DNA of 64,000 nucleotides, taken from the NCBI GenBank assembly GCA_002189035.1, contig CM007989.1, forward strand, positions 5,642,001-5,706,000, given 5' to 3'. The stretch is from Utricularia gibba (lineage: Eukaryota > Plantae > Magnoliophyta). Within the stretch, counting starts at the first letter, position 1, and each line of letters begins with the position of its first letter. The notes under the pieces are model-generated. The model had not been told where the DNA came from and ran no database searches. It was given only the letters and a program-made list of their open reading frames with translations. Shown in pieces: positions 10,901 to 24,000 of the stretch. A program made the position numbers and the translations under genes.

Positions 10901-13900
10901 TCCAGAAAAGGTCTAATTAAATAAATTCTTCTATCTGTCAATGCCCGATGCCTAATCTGTGTTTGGCTTTTTCAGTAAGTATAATATTGCTGATGGAATG
11001 AGACAAATGTTCGATCCCTTTGAAAGAGTTGCTCGTGCTCATCATATCTGTCCCTGTTGTGAGAGACCTTTTTCAAGCGCTGAAGAAGATGAGTTTGTTG
11101 AAAAGGTAATTTCTTGACCTATGAATTTCTGTTACAATCTGGAATGTCTCTAAATTATGCATGCTTTTCAGCAAAGAGTGAAAGCAACAAGCTCTGCTGA
11201 GCAAATGAAAGTATTGGCTGTGGAATCTTCAAATTCTGATTTTCATTTTCAACAATTGGAGAAGTTACGGATTATCTATGAGGAGTATGTCAAAATAGGA
11301 CAGGAGTCAATTCCTTCAGCACAAGCAAAGCTAAGTGAACTAAATGAAGAATTGGACCAGAAGAATCAAGTTTTCGATGATGTAATTTTCCTGTTGTCAT
11401 TTCAGAAATTCTTACTTTTTAAGTGTTGCCATTTGTTTATGTGTTTGTCCCTTTTATTGTGTACAACATGCGATTAATTAATTCTATTTCAGTTTTTCTT
11501 CTTTTAAATCTTTCCCCTTTCCTACGCTTTTTCAATGTTCAAGATATGCCAACATGCGATTAATTAGGGAAGAATTGCTTTAACACGATTATCTTTGTCA
11601 GCAAATGTAAATCATGTCTCTTCCCAACGCATGGAAGTCCTTAATTTTTTTAGATACCAGGAGTTATCTGTGATTCGAACTGGACTTTTTAACTCCTATG
11701 ACTTGCTAGTCGATTGTTGAACCATGCATTCATCTTCTTCTTAGTAGCTTGTTTGCCACCATCACCACCCCTTGCTACTCCGTAGCTTGAAGAGATTTTC
11801 CTTTTTTTCTCTACCTGGTTATCTATCTATTTGCAAACGCTAGCTTTGCCTGATGGCATTTCTCACCCTCTTTGGAAGGAGAGGTAAGGTGTTCAAACTC
11901 CAGAGTAGCATGTCTGTTAGAAAATTTAGGAGTTATTCTGCTGAAACTACTTCCTACCTACCTAAATTTACCCATTTTTTGTTACAGGTGGTGGCTGTCT
12001 TGGCCCAAGTCAAAGCTGAAAAGGATTCCTTTGATGTATTAATACATCCTGTAGAAACGATTGATAGATCATTCCAGGACATGCAGATTTTGCAAGGGCA
12101 ATTGAATGATTTGGAAGGAAAACTTGATGTTCAAGAACAAGTTGTTAAATCTCTCGAAGATGTTCAGAACGAGCTAAAAATGTTAGAAGGAAAAAGGTTA
12201 TTCATGTTCTTTATCTTCCAGTCTAGTGTTTCTGTCTTCTTTTGTTTCCCCCGGCATGTTTTGATTTGCTTTCCATTTCTTACTATTGAGATTGCATTTT
12301 TTTCAGTCAGTACTGTCAAATTGTAATCTCAAAAAAAGGTACTTCCCTCTTTTTTTATTGGGTTGGTTTCTCGATAATTAGGAGTAACATGCATGAGGAA
12401 ATTGACAAGTTAAGGCAAAATCACATGGCCATGGAAAAGGATTTGTCATCTCTGCAATTACGGTGGAATAGTTTGAGAGAAGAGAAGATTAAAGTTTCTC
12501 ATACGTTATCTAACATTCAGAGTATTGAGGAAGAATTGGACCGGTTGGCTGGTGAGAAGAGTCAAGTTGAGCTTGACTTGAAGGTAATTAATCGTACTGC
12601 ATTACATCAAGACTTTGCATTTTATTTTTTTGACATATGTTTATATCTCTAATTGAGGTATTTTTTTGTTTGATTTTTAACAAATTATCTAAGTTGCTAA
12701 ATCTTTTTTTGTCTATTACCTTTCATTGGTTATGAATTCAATTTTGCGCTTTTCATGAAATGTATGCTGGGGTCATTTTTTCTGTGCTAATTTATCATGT
12801 AACCGTATTCTAGTATGTTGATGTATGTTCGTCCTCCATTTGAACGTTCAACTTGGAATTACATTTTTCGTTCTTGAATCATAATTTTCGTGCATTTCAG
12901 TGAGGAGTGACGAGTTTAGTTCATAGATTAGCCTCTTATCTTAGAATGTATTCTTTGACTTGTTGTACCCAGGGTTACATGAAAAATAAACGAAGTTGCA
13001 TATTTCTGTATGATGGATAATGAGGAAATTTTGGAACTTGTTCTACCTTTTCATTTCAAGCTTCTTTTTTTTTTCCCCAACATGTATTTCCTGCATCAAC
13101 TAATGATGACACTCCTACTTGGTGAAGTCACTTCCTGGTTATAAATCCTTTCCTTTAGAATGTATTGAAAGATTACAAATGATAAATCCAGCTTCACATA
13201 TGGAAATTGACTCTTAAAGTTTTTGGAGTATTAATTTTTGTATTTTATTAGAAGTGATGGGCACATGGTGAAGAGATTAGATTAGCAGATTACATGTGAT
13301 TGATTACTTATTTCCTCCTAATATACACAACATCTTAGTTCACTTATATGTGAATGGCTAATTCCAATACTGGTCAAATTTTGTCAATTAATTTGTTTTC
13401 TCGCAATCTCAGTATCTGGTGGAGGCTGTTGTTCCATTATCAAGGCATAAAATCCAGTTGTATGATGAACATGAAGCCTTGGCTGCCAGTTTGAATGAAG
13501 AGTATGAATTGAGGGCAGACACTGTTAGGAAATTTCAGCAGGAAGTTGACACGCTGCTCAACAAGTTCTCTAAACTCAAGGAGTACGCATCTACAGGACT
13601 GGCTCATGCATTTGCGCTTTTCACCATCATGTCCCTAATTGGGTCTCTTTTTCAGATATGAAAATTTTAATCAGAGGGGAAAACTGGAAAAACTACAAGA
13701 GAAACAAGCTCAGTCAGAGGTTGAGTTGAAAAGATACGAAACCAGAATGAGTGAGTTATTGGCAGAACTGGAGAAGGATAGAGATCTTAGACGTAATCAG
13801 GCAGAATTACTGCGTAATATTGAGGAGAACTTGGAATACAGGAATTTGAAGGCTAAAGTTGATGAGCTAACACGGGAAATTGAATCACTTGAGGGCAATC

Positions 13901-15987
13901 TCCTAAAGAATGGTGGTGTTCCCAAAATTGAATCTGTGCTTCAAAAGCATTTCCAAGAACGGGAGAATATCTTGACAGAGGTTTGAGTAATTTATAAATG
14001 CTTTATATGAAACCAATTTACAAAATATTAACATCACAAAAGATGGCAAGCTTGAACGCAATTCACATTTTCTTGGACTCTAATGAAAATGTTTTTGCAG
14101 TTGAATAGGTGCCGTGGCACACTGTCTGTATACAAAAGCAACATTGACAGGAACAAAGTTGATCTTAACCAGATGCAGTACAAAGACATCGACAAACGCT
14201 ATTTTGACCAACTGATTCAATTAAAGGTGATCTGCGGCAGTATTGGTGTCAATTAATCTAAGCAAGAGTGAAAATTTGTGAAGAACATGAAACTGATAAT
14301 ATGTATATGTGTATAACTTGCTCGGTCTGGATAAATTTGGACATTCTTTCCTGTTGACAGACAACAGAGATGGCAAACAAGGATTTGGACAAGTACTACA
14401 AGGCTCTTGACAAGTGAGTTTTTCAGTGTTCAGTTAATTGCTCATGCAATCATGTGTTTAAAGGCACTGCATTCCACGGAGATTGTAGGAACTAATTTGG
14501 AGTCATTTTGAGTTCTTGTTGGTTTGTGACTTCTTTGGAAATGGATGATGTTTTTGATTGGTTTTGTGGTGGATATGTTTCGACATCCCCAATGTTTCAT
14601 TTTTTGATAATGCTATGTGTTGTACACTTGCAGAGCTCTTATGCGTTTTCATACAATGAAAATGGAGGAAATAAATAAGATAATACGGGAGCTATGGCAG
14701 CAGACATACAGAGGACAAGATATTGATTATATATTCATTCATTCAGATTCTGAAGCTGCTGGTACTCGATCCTATAGTTATAAGGTAGTTCAGACTCCTT
14801 GTCCTGTAGAACTCAAAATGCCCATACTTTTTTTATTGTCAACATTACCATTGGGCATTGAAGATGGTGGAAATTGTATGGTATTTCAAAACCAATGCGT
14901 CCCCATACTCTTTTTATTGTTGACATTACAATTGAGGAAACCAATGCGTGCCCATGCTCTTTGTCGACATTACCATTGAGGATGGTGAAAATTGTATGAA
15001 ACAAAACTCTCTATGTTAGAATTCGTGCCTTCTCCATCTTTAGCATTCCTTTCTTTAGTGGGATCAAATTGAAAATTCCATTCAGACATTGCTGTTTCTA
15101 GAGAAGGAAATGAGTGCCTGTGCTAGGTCATCTTGTGAAGTTTATGCCATGTATATGTGCTTGCTGGATACCTCTGGTAATCTACGAGGATTGTAGTTTT
15201 AGAGGGAAATCTAAATGAATGGATTATATTCTTAAACAACTGTTTATTTGGGGTTGTGCTCCTTCTATGATGTTCCATTGCAGGTCCTAATGCAAACAGG
15301 TGACGCTGAACTAGAAATGAGAGGAAGATGCAGTGCTGGTCAAAAGGCAAATTTTTCATGCATACCTAAATTGGTTTCAAAATGATGAAATGAAATGACC
15401 ATTCAGTTGTCTCGCTTTTGTGTATCTTGATGATGTGCATGCCTTTCCTTGATGCGGCCTCGAAACTCTGGTATATTACTGATCCTCTCACCCCCTTCTC
15501 CACTTGCAGGTGCTTGCATCTCTTATAATAAGATTGGCTTTGGCTGAAACATTCTGCCTCAACTGTGGAATACTAGCACTCGATGAACCAACCACAAATT
15601 TGGATGCTGCCAATTCAGAGAGCCTCGCTGCAGCTCTCCTCAGGTATGGACTAACTTTTATAGCCGACCGATCATCCGGTATGACTGACGTCATTGTTGA
15701 GTTTATGATATGCTGGAATCATCAGAATCATGGAGGAAAGAAAAGGTCAAGAGAATTTTCAGCTTATTGTCATTACTCATGATGAACGGTTTGCACAACT
15801 CATCGGGCGAAGGCAGCACGCCGAAAAGTACTACCGGATCTGTAAGGATGACTTGTGAGCTCGCCTTCTCATGCTCTTGCTGCTGATTTACTGTGCAACA
15901 GCATGCATTCTTCATGTTCCCTTCCCCCACCCCCGCACTCCTTGCAGCCATCACAGCATAATTGAGGCCCAAAACGCGTTTGAGTGA
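4976..15987 (+). CDS. RAD50: DNA repair protein RAD50 (MRN complex), 27 exons, one apparent frameshift in exon 6
   Basis: Walker [16 protein letters not shown], zinc hook CPCC, signature SAGQK, Walker B LALDEPT, IVITH. Exons read by eye: 4976-5098, 5774-5860, 5939-6106, 6866-7041, 7516-7630, 8272-8499, 8586-8764, 8867-9037, 9149-9253, 9325-9432, 9512-9723, 9810-9902, 10474-10601, 10796-10910, 10976-11105, 11172-11381, 11988-12196, 12382-12583, 13413-13582, 13656-13980, 14101-14226, 14361-14413, 14634-14784, 15284-15346, 15510-15643, 15726-15854, 15948-15987. Confidence 0.97.
14818..15000 (+). repeat. Imperfect triple tandem repeat in a RAD50 intron
   Basis: Three degenerate copies of CCCATACTCTTTT(TATT)GTCGACATTACCATTGAG, two followed by GATGGTG(G/A)AAATTGTATG. 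Confidence 0.7.
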
Positions 15988-16779
15988 TTGACGTCTGGTG
16001 AGCTGCTTTTGTAAGTGTTGATGGATGGATGCTGTTGCTGCACGTAGAAGTGCGCACCCGCCATGCAGAGCTCCGTTTTGCAGCAGTTTTGCTCTATGTT
16101 GTCCAAGTGCTTTGGCTGAATGCTCAAGTTATAATATATTCGTTTTTTTTTATTTTTATATGGGATTTACAAAATTGCTCCTATTCTTGTGTATGAAAAA
16201 GCTATCACGAACGCTAATGTTTTGGTTTAAAAAATTCTTTTCGATATATACTCATGTTTCAAGAGTTATTTGTTTTGTGTTTAAAAAATAAAGGAGGATC
16301 GCTACTGGAGTCGCAATGAGTTCTACCAATTTCTTGATTGCGCAAACTGTGCTGGCTGTTGCACCTACTCTAACGTCCATCTTTGTCTGCGTCACCGCAC
16401 ACCTCTACAAGCCGCCAGAGTTCACTATATCGGTACCCACAGGGAGTTTGTCCTCTCCTGCTTTTTTTTTTTTCTACAATTTCAGGAATCAAAGAATTAT
16501 AAATACAAATTTTAAATCATTTTATAATGAAATTTACATATCGCATAAAATTTATAAACTCAGTTTACTCAATAACACAATTTAAAAAAAGACATAATAG
16601 AATTAGAATGTATTAGTAGGATATAGAATCACAGATCAATTATGGTGTAAGTTCCAACTAGAACTATTAGTAATTATTAACTGTTTCATAAAAATCAAAA
16701 GGCTCAATGTCAACAAATCAGAAGAAATCAACTGAAATTGTTGACTTCCTGGAAGAATTCATGTGTATGTCCATGAAGG

Positions 16780-17985
16780 TCAACTATAAGATATGTTAGG
16801 TATCTTGGCATTCTTATCACTCAATGTTTTTCTTGTAGGGGCAGCTGCTATGTCTACCAGTTCAATTGGAACTATTGGTACTGACTCTATTTCATCATCA
16901 AACAAAGAGTGATCAAAAAAATCATATTGATATTCTAGAGATTTCCAATCCCAACTTTTAATCTCGTTAAACACCGAATCTCGACTCAAGTGACTTTTCT
17001 TCTCAATGGAGTCAAACAATTTACACTATTTAGAAGACTCATCATATCCCAAAAAAACAAGTTTTTGAGACTTACCATTCAATTTACCTCTCAAGGAATC
17101 ATATATAATAGGCCAAAGATTCTCATGTGAGATACTGATGGTTCGCCACCCATGAAGTCCTCTTGTGGTGCCAAATTCTTCAAACTCTAGCACACCTGTT
17201 TAGAATATAAATGGCAACCATAGCTGCCTCTCCCCAAAACTTTTTAGGTAAATTTTTTTGTCTTTGAGAGACTTATTATCATGTTTAAAATGATCTTGTT
17301 TTTCCTCTCTACTATTCCATTTTGCTGAGGAGTTTTTGCTGTAGAAAATTCATGATGAATACCTAAGTTCTAAAGAATTCATGAAACTAAGTTGGAATAT
17401 ATTTTCTAACCATATAGAATTTTCTTAAATGTGCCGCATTCCACGATCTCATGAATTCCACACTATCTAGTTGTTCCAACCGATATGTTCTCTTACCGAG
17501 TGTTTTTGTGATTCGATAAGGGCTTTCCCAATTATGTTCTAGTTTTCACACATGATTTTGCGCTTAGATGCTCTAGAGCACCAGATCCCCTTTTGAGAAT
17601 TCTCTTGGATGCACCGATTTGTTGTAACTCCTTTTAACACTCTTCTAATAAGTTCTGAGTTGGGTATATATATAGTTTTCTCTTTTTATTCTAGTAACTC
17701 TAAATCTAGTTTTCATAACTCGACATTATTTATTTCATCATAGTGTTCGATCTGATGTAAGATGCTTCACAAGTAATCCAACTTGCTTCTCTATCATTGC
17801 ATGAAATTAATAAAAAATTTGAAAGATGTCAACTTTGAATTTTAGAAAATATATCCAGCAATTCTTATTGAAATCGTCAATGAATAATAAAAAATATTTA
17901 TTTCTATCCAAATTTCAAGCTTGATAGAACCACAAGTGAAATCGGTTATATAGGCTACTTTATATCGTGAGTATGGAAATTGGGT
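16780..17985 (-). mobile_element. Degenerate Ty1/copia integrase fragment (interrupted)
   Basis: [91 protein letters not shown], with stops and frameshifts. Confidence 0.85.
17405..17746 (-). mobile_element. Ty3/gypsy (Tat/Ogre-type) integrase C-terminal fragment
   Basis: YNKSVHPREFSKGDLVL...KLEHNWESPYRITKTLGKRTYRLEQLDSVEFMRSWNAAHLRKFY resembles the GPY/F end of Tat-type integrases. Confidence 0.75.
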
Positions 17986-17989
17986 TGTT

Positions 17990-20835
17990 TCACATACACA
18001 TGTGGAGAAAGTAAATAATCTTACCACATAAGCAAGACTCTTACCACATAAGTGAGACTCTTGCTTAGTAAGCAAGACTCTTGCCACGTAAGCAAGACTC
18101 TTGCCACATAAGCAAGACTCTTGCCACGTAAGCAAGACTCTTGCCTATTAAGCAAAACTTTCGCCTATTAAGCAAGAGACTATCCATATTGGTAAGAGTT
18201 TATCCCTTTGTTCTGACAAGATCCACTAATTATGCATTCGGTGCTCATGATCCCTTTGCTCGGACAGGATTCATCAATTACGCATTTGGTGCCTGTGATC
18301 TTATAATTGAGAACGGTGGATTTTTTTAATTTTAAAATTAATATAGTACTTATAAAATAAATTAAAAATTAAGTTAATTCAACTATAAATATAGACTTCA
18401 ATCAAAAGCAATTTATTCACTTTTGCAATTCTCAATTGTATTTCTTTCTCCATTGAAAAGTTTGATAACACAATGACATCTACTTCTCTTCCAATACATG
18501 ATTTTGATTCTTCATCTTTTGAATCAGAACATGAGCCAATGCCACTTGGAAACACTGATGAAGATAAGTTTCAAGAAAATTTTGATACTAGTAATCAATT
18601 GCTACGAGTTCCTATTTTACACGCAGAGTGTTTGGGGTATCAGTTTTCATGTAATGCTTTTGAAAGATTGGCTATTTTATTTCAAAGGGGAGAGCCGATT
18701 TTGGCCAATGAATTGCCTACTAAATGAGTATATATGAGCTATGATCTTGATAATCTTGTTCTGGAAATAGGATTGGGATTTAAATCTAAAGAGGAAGCTT
18801 ATTTTTGTGTTTGTCATTGACACATAAAGAAGCATTTTCAGTTTTGTGTCGTTGAAAGTAAATCAAAGCATCCAGTGTTAAAATGCTATTCTGCTTTAGC
18901 AACTCAATGTGAGTTTTATATTCGTCTCTATGAATTGAAGCGAGATGGGATCTGGCAATTCAAAGTTTTTTATCCTCATACTTGTAGAAGTGGAATTGAG
19001 GGAAACAAATATAGAAACATCTCTATAAGTTTCATTGGACGAGATTTGATAGATTATGTTTGGAATATGCAAGGTAATATGATTTTTTATTATTTATTTT
19101 TGATTCAATTAGTATTATTTTTTAAAATTTATTTATTTATTTTAGAGTGACGGTTCGTAAGACAATTGCTAAGATACAAATCAGGTACAATTATATTATT
19201 GATTATGAAAAAGCTTGGTTTGGTGTTCAATATGCATTTGAACTTGCTCATGGATCTTGGGAATCATCAATGAATAAATTGCCTCGTCAGATGTCTGCGC
19301 TCCAAGTGACAAATCCGATGATAATTGTAGAATGGTTTATTTATGATACGCAATCAGATTCAGATCATAAGATTTTTTGGTATGTTTTTTGGGCTTTTAA
19401 GCCTTGTGTAGAGGCATATCAATTGTGTGCCTCGGTCCTTTTAATTGATGCAACACATCTTTATTCACGGTAATACATTATTGATTGCTGTTTGTCGCGA
19501 TGGTGATGGACATATTATACTTGTTGCATATGCCCTTGTGGATGATGAAAATCTTGAATCTTATTCTTAGTTTATTGAGCAATTGGATTATTTTGTTATT
19601 CAACGACAAGCTGGTACAATTATCTCTGATAGATATATGGGTATATTGGACACTGTGAGTTCTAAAGAGGCATTCAGTACTAGAATGCTTCATCATTGAT
19701 GGTGTCTTAAACTTTTTGTGTCTAATTTTAGCAAGTCGGTAAAAAATAAGAAACTGAAAGATTGTTTATATGTGGCTGATGCTACTCCAAATTTGGTGAA
19801 ATTCCAAGTTTACATGAAGTAAATAATGACTTATCAACCAGCAGCAGAATGGTTAAATCGTGTGGAGATTTTGAACATGAATAAATGGGCAAATGCATAC
19901 GATAATGGTAAGCGTCACGGATATTTGACGATGAATCAAATGGAATGCATGAATGGCGTATTCAAACAAATACAAAGATATCCCATATGCAGCATTGTAG
20001 ATTCCACTTTTTATTGAGCTCAAATAATGTTCATTAAAAGATGGCAAGAGATCGCTCATTTCAATTATAATAGAGAGGTAAATTATGTTATTTTTAATTG
20101 CATTACTATGCTATTTTTACTAATTTAAATTTTTTTTTTGTAGATGTTTACATATGAGACAAACTCATGGTTTCATAAACAACAACAAAAGGCAAGTCGT
20201 TATCAATTGTATTATTGGGATCCTGACCGACTTGTAGGTTCTATTTACGTCATCAATAGAAAACATGCTAAGCGGAACCAACAAAATGTTGACTTACAAG
20301 CCCAAACATGTACATGTGGAAAGTGGTTGATCTATCGTCTTCCTTGCGCTCATGCTCTGAAATGTGGGAAAATGTGTCAAATGTCATTAATCAAATGATC
20401 ATTCGAGAATCGACCTTGGATTTGTTACAAATGCAGTATGTTGACAAGGTTTTACAAGATTTAGGCCAAGAAGATGGATGGCCAGAGGTTCAATGGTACT
20501 TGTATCACGATAAACGACGAGAGAAACACGGACGAGGCTGACGTCGTGGCACTCGAATACCAAATGAAATGGATGAATAATGTGTTTTATGATTTCTAGT
20601 ATTCTTTTTGTTCTATTTGAATATCATTTTAATAAATTGATAAGTGTGGTAACACTAGGAGGGGTATTTATAGAAGTTTCACCCCCTCCCCTAGCACCAT
20701 CCACCCCCCTCCCTCCCACTATTCAAATTATTTAGCTTCACTCCACGTAGGAAAGAAGGTGCTCAGTGGACAAGAGTGTGCTTAGTGGACAAGAGTCTTG
20801 CTTGGTAAACGAGATTCTTGCTTACATGTAGTGCA
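17990..20835 (+). mobile_element. Degenerate Mutator-like (MuDR) element; ends approximate
   Basis: Pseudo-transposase 18473-20580: MuDR-domain-like GLGFKSKEEA, VFWAFKPCVEAYQLCASVLLIDATHLY, SWIM zinc finger CTCGKWLIYRLPCAHAL, with many stops. Subterminal AAGCAAGACTCTTG repeats on the left and the inverted form CAAGAGTCTTGCTT on the right (~20790-20825). Confidence 0.88.
18021..18180 (+). repeat. 20-bp tandem array, ~8 copies (MULE subterminal repeat)
   Basis: Unit TT(G/A)CCAC(A/G)TAAGCAAGACTC at an exact 20-bp period, decaying at both ends. Confidence 0.9.
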
Positions 20836-20849
20836 TTTTATCATTCATG

Positions 20850-23800
20850 CTGACTCAACGCGAAGTAGCCCAATTTCCTCACTCTTCATAAAAATTAGTC
20901 TACATAACCATTTTTGCCTAGAACCATGTATATTGATGTGAAGAATTTCAAGTGATTCCCTTGCACGAATTTTTCTATTCTTAGTTGTTTCTGATCTAAT
21001 TTGCTTACCGTAAATGCAGCTTTCATAAATTGCATTTGGATTGCTAATGTGAGGAGGGTCTTTGACCATTTTCTTTTAGCTCATTATCTTCAATGTGTCG
21101 AAGTTAATGTGGGCAAATCTCATTTGTTAAGTCCAATCTTTGTGCTCAAAACAACCTTTTAAACACAAAGGGGTAACAACATGAAGATTTAGTGGAAACA
21201 TCCTATTGGATTGCATCTTGACTATAAAAACTACTAGTTCATCCTGATCAGTCAGAGTTAAGGCTCTATTCTTTGTGTGGAAATCATACCCCTTTTCTAA
21301 AAACTGTCCAAGGCTCAACTTGAATGCATCTCCCATCGTCAACTTGGATGCATCTCCAAGGGAGATGGAGCTTCCACGATCCTCATGGATAGTTGAGAAT
21401 GAATTTTGTTGACAACACATGCTATTAATGGCACAGAGTCAAGATACCAAACATTTGAATCCTTTTGTTCTTGTTCTTTAGCCATCAATAGAATGGCTAA
21501 GTACTCAATCAGTATAGACTCACTTTCCTTCACTTCTTCTATAAAGTTGCTCTATTCTTGTCTTTCTTGGTGGCATTCTCAGAAACAATGCCCCAACTTA
21601 TGATAGTTATAGCATTCCTTATTAGCCATTTTCTTCGTGGAATCAGTTTTTGATGTATTATTCTCAGTGCTTCTATTACTATCTTAGCCACCACAACCCC
21701 TTCATTGATTTGATCGTCCTTGAGAGTATGTGTTAAGTGTCATTTTTTAAGTATTTATTATATATTATTATGTTCTAATTAAGTATTTAGTCATTTAATT
21801 TAGAATTCATATTGATAAGTATTCTATTTCTTTAGAATAAATCTTATCTTTGTATTTTGCACATATTTTATTATCTTTTTTCATGTACTTTCACCCAAAA
21901 TGTCAAGAGGCAGGTTTTGAGTATTGTAGGAGACTTGCAGAAGACCAAATACTGACGTTTTGTGTCTTGTATGCAACTTGAGTCAATTGTGAGCGGAAGA
22001 CTGACATTAGTCAGGACCCCTGACTTACGACATATTAGAGTTTGCAGTAATGATTGAGTGTTTACTTGCATGCATGGAAAAGTTGGTGGTGCACGCAAGA
22101 TAGAAAGAATGATGAAAGGGGAACAGAATAAGTTAATGCAAGTGGGGAGTGAATTAAAATCAACTTGGAACAGTTGTTTTTGTACCTTCTTTTCACACTT
22201 GTTTTTGCACTTAAAACTTTTGTTTCTTCCTCTCTATCAAAGGAAGAAGAACACCTTAGCTTTCTTTTTCGTTTTCTGTTTTCATGACCCTTAGTGGCTA
22301 AACTCTTTTAGTTTTTAGAAATAGGTTAAGTTTCCTTTCAAGTATAGAGCATTAATCTTGGTTCTTTGCTCAATTCATTCTGGATTTTGCATACTTTCAC
22401 ATGTCTTGTTGCCATCTTTTTGTAAAGTCTTCTAGTCACGGTCCATGAGTAGCAGGCTACTCCTTATGAATTTTGATGAAGAGCAAGGTGAAGAGTACTA
22501 TCTCCAACCCTACCGATTCGATATAAGTAGTGAATTGTTTGTGATCGATGTACTATGACAGTGGACAGGTTGTGACCTCGTATCTGCCTCTGGTAATTGG
22601 CAACAACTGAGTACACACATAGAATTCAATTTTGAAGGCAATTGACGACAATCCTCTTGTATTCTCAATCATCCAAGGGGAAACCACATGAGCCTATTTC
22701 TGTGCCTCCTTATCAATCAGAGTATAAGAGAGAGTAGGCTATTCCTTGCTCCTATAACCAGCTATTCGAAAAGAATCAGTGAAAGCCAAGGCGAGGATAG
22801 ATAAAAGAAGGAAACAAAATCTATTTCCCAAAAACTGCAACCCTTAATCAAGGTCCATTACTTATGTTGTATCTTTTATTTCTGTATTTCAAAAACCCAT
22901 TTTTATTAACCTATGACAATTTGTAAAAGTTTTCTATAAAACACTTTTCGCAAAATTTAACTCCCTGAGATCGACACTTATACTACCCTTTATTGTGTTT
23001 TATGTTTTTCTAAATTAAAATTTGTTGAAAAAACGACACGCAACAGTATGATTGAGTTCTCTCTGCTTTGATCATTTACAAATGAGTTGTTCCAACCAGA
23101 TCCTCTTCCTCATCCATATCCACATCTCCTATTACCACAATTGTTGTTTTGGTTTTTATTACTTCTTCCAGGTTCCGTGGCATTTATATGTATTTTGTTG
23201 AAGCTGAACACTCATCGTCATCTTTTAATCTTTCTTCGTATGCCTGTAATGATCCTGCTAGTTCATCAACTATCATAATAGCAAAATCGTGAGCCTCTTC
23301 AATAGAAACAACGACAAACATAAATTTCTTATCTAAGGACCATGGTATTTTCTCCACAATATATTCCTATATAATTGTCGAAACCCTTCAAACTCAGCCA
23401 TTAGAGTTTGTAGCCTCACCTTTTTCACCTGATCTGCACCTTGAAATGCAGCAATGAGTGAATCCCAAGCTTGTTTGATAGATGTTGCCTCTAAAACATT
23501 CTCGAAAAACTCCTCATTCAAAGCTGGTATATAATCGAAAGACCTTCTTATCCCTTTTCAAGGTTTTTGTATCAGAGATGGTTGTTACTCCAGTTTGTAC
23601 TACTTCCTTTTGTATGCCCCAAAGACAGTTTGCATAAGGATTTTCTAATTATCAAAATTCTCCTTCATTACTAGGGGGACTAGAAAAGATCTTGATCCAC
23701 CTCGATTGTAGTGGTTGGCCATCGTCTTCACTGATAAAAACCAGCTATGATACCAATTTGATGGAAGCCCAATGTGCATATTACGGTATGTTGCACAGGA

Positions 23801-24000
23801 AAATAGGAGAACTAAATTGTGACAAACTTGTTTATTCATCAAATGATGTTCCACGGCTCATAGTGATATGACCACCTATTTATACTTTAACTACACAACG
23901 TTTCAAATTGAATGATAGAACCATTTTTTCATGAAACTTATTCAATTTAAATAAGTTACCAATTTTCATCCGTTCCACACAATTTCTTCTTCCGTTCATA
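20850..24000 (-). mobile_element. Degenerate Ty1/copia element (partial 5' LTR, PBS, gag, protease, gag-pre-integrase), split by a solo LTR
   Basis: PBS variant GCTATGATACCA 23744-23755 next to LTR end TGATGG at 23759; gag PLVMKENFDN and ATSIKQAWDSLIAAFQGADQVKKVRLQTLMAEFE; zinc knuckle near 21600; VWYLDS; CIYGKQIR; ESLEILH. Many stops. LTR outer end not resolved. Confidence 0.85.
21731..23045. mobile_element. Solo LTR (1315 bp), Athila/Tat-like, with 5-bp TSD GTATG
   Basis: Termini TGTTAAGTGTC ... GACACGCAACA; GTATG at 21726-21730 and 23046-23050; no internal coding domains seen. Confidence 0.88.

Noticed and set aside
18021-18180. Regular short repeats resembling a CRISPR array
   Set aside because: Head-to-tail copies with no unique spacers, in a eukaryotic MULE end; no cas genes.
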